Assembly (NCBI GenBank): GCA_002269645.1
Contig: NIVC01000528.1
Location: 248,001 to 312,000 of the forward strand
DNA: 64,000 bases
Source of the DNA: Macrostomum lignano
Lineage: Eukaryota
Reading direction: 5' to 3'
Part shown: in pieces, positions 57,854-64,000 of the stretch
Layout of the letters: each line of letters starts with the position of its first letter
How positions within the stretch are numbered: the stretch's first letter is position 1
Translations under genes and position numbers: made by a program
Notes under the pieces: generated by a model
What the model was told of the DNA's origin: nothing
What the model saw: the letters and a program-made list of their open reading frames with translations, nothing else
Database searches by the model: none

Positions 57854-59012
57854 ATGGAGACAGCAGCTGAATAATATGAAAAGCGTGAGTTGACCACAAA
57901 AATACAGTTTACTGTTGGCCGGTCTGTTGTTCTTTTAACTGTGCCACGTTTTGATTTTTATTTTTAACTGTTTTTCCTCAATAGATTTGGCTAGGCATTC
58001 TTTCTGCTAGAAGCCTTCAAAAATGCGAACGTGTCTTAGTTACTTTTTTACAGCTGATAATAACTCTGAATTCTGTGTCAATGTTCTCCCGTAGTTATCT
58101 TATTTTTTGCTTCACCTAAGGCTCGTTCACGCCACTATCAATGGAAACTAGTTTTTCGTGATCGAGAAAACCCTTTGCCCCTCATTGACTTCGTCACTTT
58201 GTAGCATGAGTCGTGTGATGCGACTGCATTGGCAACGAGCCTTGGGCGTTGTAAAAATCAAGTTTTCGGTATAGAATTTGAAGTATAACGTGTACTTCCG
58301 CTTAGAGTTTTTACTCGTGTGTAGTAGATTGAGTTCTAAAGTGCTTGAATAGAAAATTATATCTAACCAATATCTGGCCAACGTCACCTGCCGAATATTA
58401 AACACTGATAATGCAAGGACCGTTTTATGACATTGGACTATGCATACTTAACCAACTCAGTTACATGTATGTTGCTGCTAACATTAAACTGAAGTACAAC
58501 GTACAAGTTCATTGGTTTCCTAATAAAATTCAGAAAGGCCTGCAAAATATTCTCAACTTTGTATTGACAGTAGAAAGTGACGAATGCTGATGACTCTAAC
58601 TGCCCAAGTTTGGCTTTTAGCGACTGAGGAGTTTCAAAATTTTACAAAAATATTTTTATATCTTTTCTCTGCGACACTGCCTTCTCTTGATCCCACTGTG
58701 GAATCCCATGCTTACTGTATTTTTTATTTCAAAAGTAGATACGTAAATAATAAATACGACGTACCTGTCAAAAATGATTTGTTTAAAATTTTATTGTATT
58801 CATTTTCAGACCTGAATTCAACAACAGCAGCAGCTTGAATGCTTTTTTGAAAATTAAATTTAAAATTGTAACCCTTTCGGTAAGAAAATTTAAAACTTTA
58901 AAATAATTTGCAAAGAAAAAAATTAAAACAAATAATATAGCCTTATAATCCGGAGTTCATTCAACAAAGGCAAATATTCGAATGGAAATGCGACTTTCTT
59001 TATTCTTCATCC

Positions 59013-62000
59013 TATCCGGGGAGAATCAGACAGGATGTGACAGTTACTAATCATCCGGTCCGGGGTGAATCAGACAGGATGTGACAGTTACTAATCATCC
59101 GGTCCGGGGTGAATCAGACAGGATGTGACAGTTACTAATCATCCGGTCCAGGGTGAATCAGACAGGATGTGACAGTTACTAATCATCCGCTGCGGGGTGA
59201 ATCAGACAGGATGTGACAGTTACTAATCATCCGCTCCGGGGAGAATCAGACAGGATGTGACAGTTACTAATCATCCGCTCCGGGGTGAATCAGACAGAAT
59301 GTGACAGTTACTAATCATCCGGTCCGGGGTGAATCAGACAGGATGTGACAGTTACTAATCATCCGGTCCGGGGTGAATCAGACAGGATGTGACAGTTACT
59401 AATCATCCGGTCCGGGGTGAATCAGACAGGATGTGACAGTTACTAATCATCCGCTCCGGGGTGAATCAGACAGGATGTGACAGTTACTAATCATCCGCTC
59501 CGGGGTGAATCAGACAGGATGTGACAGTTACTAATCATCCGGTCCGGGGTGAATCAGACAGGATGTGACAGTTACTAATCATCCGCTCCGGGGTGAATCA
59601 GACAGGATGTGACAGTTACTAATCATCCGCTCCGGGGAGAATCAGACAGGATGTGACAGTTACTAATCATCCGGTCCGGGGTGAATCAGACAGGATGTGA
59701 CAGTTACTAATCATCCGGTCCGGGGAGAATCAGACAGGATGTGACAGTTACTAATCATCCGCTGCGGGGTGAATCAGACAGGATGTGACAGTTACTAATC
59801 ATCCGGTCCGGGGTGAATCAGACAGGATGTGACAGTTACTAATCATCCGCTCCGGGGTGAATCAGACAGGATGTGACAGTTACTAATCATCCGGTCCGGG
59901 GAGAATCAGACAGGATGTGACAGTTACTAATCATCCGGTCCGGGGTGAATCAGACAGGATGTGACAGTTACTAATCATCCGCTCCGGGGTGAATCAGACA
60001 GGATGTGACAGTTACTAATCATCCGGTCCGGGGTGAATCAGACAGGATGTGACAGTTACTAATCATCCGGTCCGGGGTGAATCAGACAGGATGTGACAGT
60101 TACTAATCATCCGGTCCAGGGTGAATCAGACAGGATGTGACAGTTACTAATCATCCGCTGCGGGGTGAATCAGACAGGATGTGACAGTTACTAATCATCC
60201 GCTCCGGGGAGAATCAGACAGGATGTGACAGTTACTAATCATCCGCTCCGGGGTGAATCAGACAGAATGTGACAGTTACTAATCATCCGGTCCGGGGTGA
60301 ATCAGACAGGATGTGACAGTTACTAATCATCCGGTCCGGGGTGAATCAGACAGGATGTGACAGTTACTAATCATCCGGTCCGGGGTGAATCAGACAGGAT
60401 GTGACAGTTACTAATCATCCGCTCCGGGGTGAATCAGACAGGATGTGACAGTTACTAATCATCCGCTCCGGGGTGAATCAGACAGGATGTGACAGTTACT
60501 AATCATCCGGTCCGGGGTGAATCAGACAGGATGTGACAGTTACTAATCATCCGCTCCGGGGTGAATCAGACAGGATGTGACAGTTACTAATCATCCGCTC
60601 CGGGGAGAATCAGACAGGATGTGACAGTTACTAATCATCCGGTCCGGGGTGAATCAGACAGGATGTGACAGTTACTAATCATCCGGTCCGGGGAGAATCA
60701 GACAGGATGTGACAGTTACTAATCATCCGCTGCGGGGTGAATCAGACAGGATGTGACAGTTACTAATCATCCGGTCCGGGGTGAATCAGACAGGATGTGA
60801 CAGTTACTAATCATCCGCTCCGGGGTGAATCAGACAGGATGTGACAGTTACTAATCATCCGGTCCGGGGAGAATCAGACAGGATGTGACAGTTACTAATC
60901 ATCCGGTCCGGGGTGAATCAGACAGGATGTGACAGTTACTAATCATCCGCTCCGGGGTGAATCAGACAGGATGTGACAGTTACTAATCATCCGGTCCGGG
61001 GTGAATCAGACAGGATGTGACAGTTACTAATCATCCGGTCCGGGGTGAATCAGACAGGATGTGACAGTTACTAATCATCCGCTCCGGGGTGAATCAGACA
61101 GGATGTGACAGTTACTAATCATCCGCTCCGGGGTGAATCAGACAGGATGTGACAGTTACTAATCATCCGGTCCGGGGAGAATCAGACAGGATGTGACAGT
61201 TACTAATCATCCGCTGCGGGGTGAATCAGACAGGATGTGACAGTTACTAATCATCCGCTCCGGGGTGAATCAGACAGGATGTGACAGTTACTAATCATCC
61301 GGTCCGGGGTGAATCAGACAGGATGTGACAGTTACTAATCATCCGGTCCGGGGTGAATCAGACAGGATGTGACAGTTACTAATCATCCGCTCCGGGGTGA
61401 ATCAGACAGGATGTGACAGTTACTAATCATCCGCTCCGGGGTGAATCAGACAGGATGTGACAGTTACTAATCATCCGCTCCGGGGTGAATCAGACAGAAT
61501 GTGACAGTTACTAATCATCCGGTCCGGGGTGAATCAGACAGGATGTGACAGTTACTAATCATCCGCTCCGGGGTGAATCAGACAGGATGTGACAGTTACT
61601 AATCATCCGCTCCGGGGAGAATCAGACAGGATGTGACAGTTACTAATCATCCGCTCCGGGGTGAATCAGACAGGATGTGACAGTTACTAATCATCCGGTC
61701 CGGGGAGAATCAGACAGGATGTGACAGTTACTAATCATCCGGTCCGGGGTGAATCAGACAGGATGTGACAGTTACTAATCATCCGGTCCGGGGTGAATCA
61801 GACAGGATGTGACAGTTACTAATCATCCGCTCCGGGGTGAATCAGACAGGATGTGACAGTTACTAATCATCCGCTCCGGGGTGAATCAGACAGGATGTGA
61901 CAGTTACTAATCATCCGCTCCGGGGAGAATCAGACAGGATGTGACAGTTACTAATCATCCGCTCCGGGGTGAATCAGACAGAATGTGACAGTTACTAATC

Positions 62001-62036
62001 ATCCGGTCCGGGGTGAATCAGACAGGATGTGACAGT
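59013..62036. repeat. 44-bp satellite (GAATCAGACAGGATGTGACAGTTACTAATCATCCG[G/C]TCCGGGGT), about 69 units
   Basis: Highly homogeneous array; rare variants recur at a 968-bp (22-unit) offset. Confidence 0.97.
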
Positions 62037-62361
62037 AGTAGTATAGAAAAAGACGCTTCTAGACCCAGAGCACTTTTTTAATGTCCGTTTTAAGGGTCTA
62101 GAGGGGGGACACGGGGGGTAAATAAAAAAACACATCTAAACACCATTAATACATCTAATCACCCATAATCACCCCTAACAATAAAAATCACTTCCCAACA
62201 CTTCCAAACACTCCCCAACACCCCCCTCGCGTCCCCCCTCTTAAGACCATAAAAACGGTCATTAAAATAAGGTCTGATCTAGAAGCGTCTTTTTCTATAC
62301 TACTACTCTATAACCCCTTGCCCGCGCCGCAGGCGCGAAGGGTCTTTTTCTGTTACTAAAA

Positions 62362-62676
62362 ATGACCCAAGTTTACACCTTTTCTGTTAGTGATACTTTT
62401 GAGACTGTTGCTAAAAATGCAGAGATAATAAAACAACATATTTTGAATGGAATAATTGATGAAGTTTATTTAAAATATGACGACAAGCACGACCTAAAAC
62501 TTTATCCATTAGAGCTAGATGAGATGTATGATTTAGAACAAGAGGGTGAGTTAATATTTCAACTTGGAGATTATTTAAATTCGGATGATTGGGAGGTTAG
62601 ATCAACAGATTCCGAATCAACAAATAGTTCATATGAAACCAGTGATTCAGAGAATGAAAGTGAAATTTTTATGTGA
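62362..62676 (+). CDS. Acidic hypothetical protein, 104 aa, Polinton-associated
   Basis: Intact ORF with an AAAAATG start; D/E/S-rich C-terminus; no recognised domain. Confidence 0.55.
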   Translation: MTQVYTFSVSDTFETVAKNAEIIKQHILNGIIDEVYLKYDDKHDLKLYPLELDEMYDLEQEGELIFQLGDYLNSDDWEVRSTDSESTNSSYETSDSENESEIFM

Positions 62677-62748
62677 AAAAAATATTTAAAAAATGAACTA
62701 TTATTCTATAACAGAAACGACATTTATTGTGAAAAATATATATAAAAA

Positions 62749-62916
62749 ATGAAGGTAAACCATTCCTACATCGGAAATGTTCCAATTAATGAACTTAATG
62801 AAAATTTAAGTTTGATAACAGTTGAACAAATGTCAATAATAATATTAGTAACAATTATAGTAATAATATTGTTTTTGTTTGTTATAAAAAATTTACTACC
62901 ATGTTGTCTTAAGTAA
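62749..62916 (+). CDS. 55-aa single-pass membrane peptide, Polinton-associated (not in the supplied ORF track)
   Basis: MKVNHSYIGNVPINELNENLSLITVEQMSIIILVTIIVIILFLFVIKNLLPCCLK*; TATATAAAAA immediately before the ATG. Confidence 0.5.
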   Translation: MKVNHSYIGNVPINELNENLSLITVEQMSIIILVTIIVIILFLFVIKNLLPCCLK

Positions 62917-62926
62917 CTGTTTGAAC

Positions 62927-64000
62927 TTAGTTCGCAGACATTATCTGGTTCTCATAAAAAGAACCCAATATTTCTTCACCATCCTTATCAGCAATTATAT
63001 AGGTTGTAGGGTTTGTATTTAAAACTTTACTGATGGTAAATTTCTCACTTATTTTCCAATATCCTTTTCTTCCCTTTTCAAACTTATCTTTCCATTTATA
63101 GATATAAACAGAATCACCAACCTTAAAACCTTTAGTTTTCTTTTTTTCAAAATCTCCAAAAGTAACCCTAACGTTTTCAGGATTGTTATAAGCTTGTTGA
63201 GGAGCCATCTTTATCGCCGAATGATATGAATTGTTATAATCTTTCACTACGTCTGGTAATATTTTTACCCATTTTTGGTTACCATTAAGACTAAACTGAA
63301 ACCATAATTTCTTACCTAAAGTTCTATTAAATCTTTCTATTAATGCGTTTTACTCTCTCCATAAATAGAATAAATTTTATTAATATACTCCCCATTCGCG
63401 TCTTTTTTCCTTTCTTGTCCTTTTTCAAAATGATATAATTTATACATATGAGGATTGTAAAATTCTTTTCCTTCGTCAACACACAAACGTTCGCTTTTTT
63501 CTCCAAGACTTCTAAAAGCAGCAGCAACATCCTCTCCTTTTTTGGATTTTAAAGGAACAGCCCACGCGTATCGAGTAAAACCATCTAATATGGTTAAGAT
63601 ATATTTATATCCTCTTTCGTTCGGCATAGACATTAAATCAGCATACTAAATTTCATTCTTTTTGAAGTTCATGATTTTTCTATAAAATTTAGGTTTTCGA
63701 TATTCTTTATGAAGAACCTTAGCCTTATCATAACTTAGCCCACTACCACTTAATAACAAACATTCGACACAATTATTACCATGTTGGTTGTAATTAATTC
63801 CTAAACCAAATTTAACTTTAGATTGTAGAATTTTTTTAACCATCCACCTAGTTAATCTTTGCCCTACCGATAATCCCTGCAAGTTATCTAATCCTTGAAT
63901 CATTTTTTGATCGGCTTCATGTTTTAATCTTAATGCTTCCTCGGGCGGGTTCTTGTCAGCATCTCTATATGCTAAGTCGTGATAGTATGCTAACCAATCA
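62927..64000 (-). pseudogene. PLA2-like domain fused to a Polinton DDE integrase, with an in-frame TAG (63646-63648) and a 1-nt frameshift (~63348-63351)
   Basis: DWLAYYHDLAY...KHEADQKM (PLA2), then LHKEYRK, *YADL (D1), YILTILDGFTRYAWAVPLKSK, CVDEGKEF (D2), shifted-frame IERFNRTL (E), YNNSYHSAIKMAP, FKVGDSVYI and EILGSFYENQI. Confidence 0.85.

Larger units (their letters stand above)
62034..64000. mobile_element. Polinton/Maverick (adintovirus-like) element end, continuing beyond the window
   Basis: AGTAGTAGT terminus, AT-rich compact intronless ORFs, and a Polinton-type retroviral-like integrase with a parvovirus-like PLA2 domain. Confidence 0.8.

Noticed and set aside
59013-62036. 44-bp array (and the 29-bp palindromic array at 17876-18340) as CRISPR
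   Set aside because: Units are head-to-tail with no unique spacers, there are no cas genes, and the context is eukaryotic.

Overview
Eukaryotic (invertebrate animal) genomic DNA: GC-rich spliced exons with GT-AG introns, and most introns longer than ~500 bp carry their own mini- or microsatellite. The style suggests a flatworm such as Macrostomum, but that is an inference I cannot confirm. Genes recognised by eye: a divergent TRPV-like channel (+, starts before the window, in-frame TGA at 528 and possibly TAG at 1485); a calpain without a penta-EF-hand domain (-); RalGPS (+); a CNG channel subunit with an altered pore (+); a short (~447 aa) FANCA-like gene (-); an L-type amino acid transporter with an intronless CDS (-); two calmodulin-like genes (-); and SSUH2 (+). 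Mobile DNA: a hAT remnant, a minimal hammerhead ribozyme inside a 36-bp inverted repeat (Penelope-like), a decayed mariner, two copies of a tRNA-derived SINE, a solo-LTR-like element, and a Polinton/Maverick end with a PLA2-integrase fusion next to a 44-bp satellite. Best leads: the miniature FANCA; the Trp-position stops in the TRPV-like gene; intronic satellites whose units carry sense-strand splice signals; the occluded hammerhead; the bZIP-site-rich LTR antisense in an SSUH2 intron; and the Polinton terminal hairpin. All homology calls come from recalled family motifs, not database searches.
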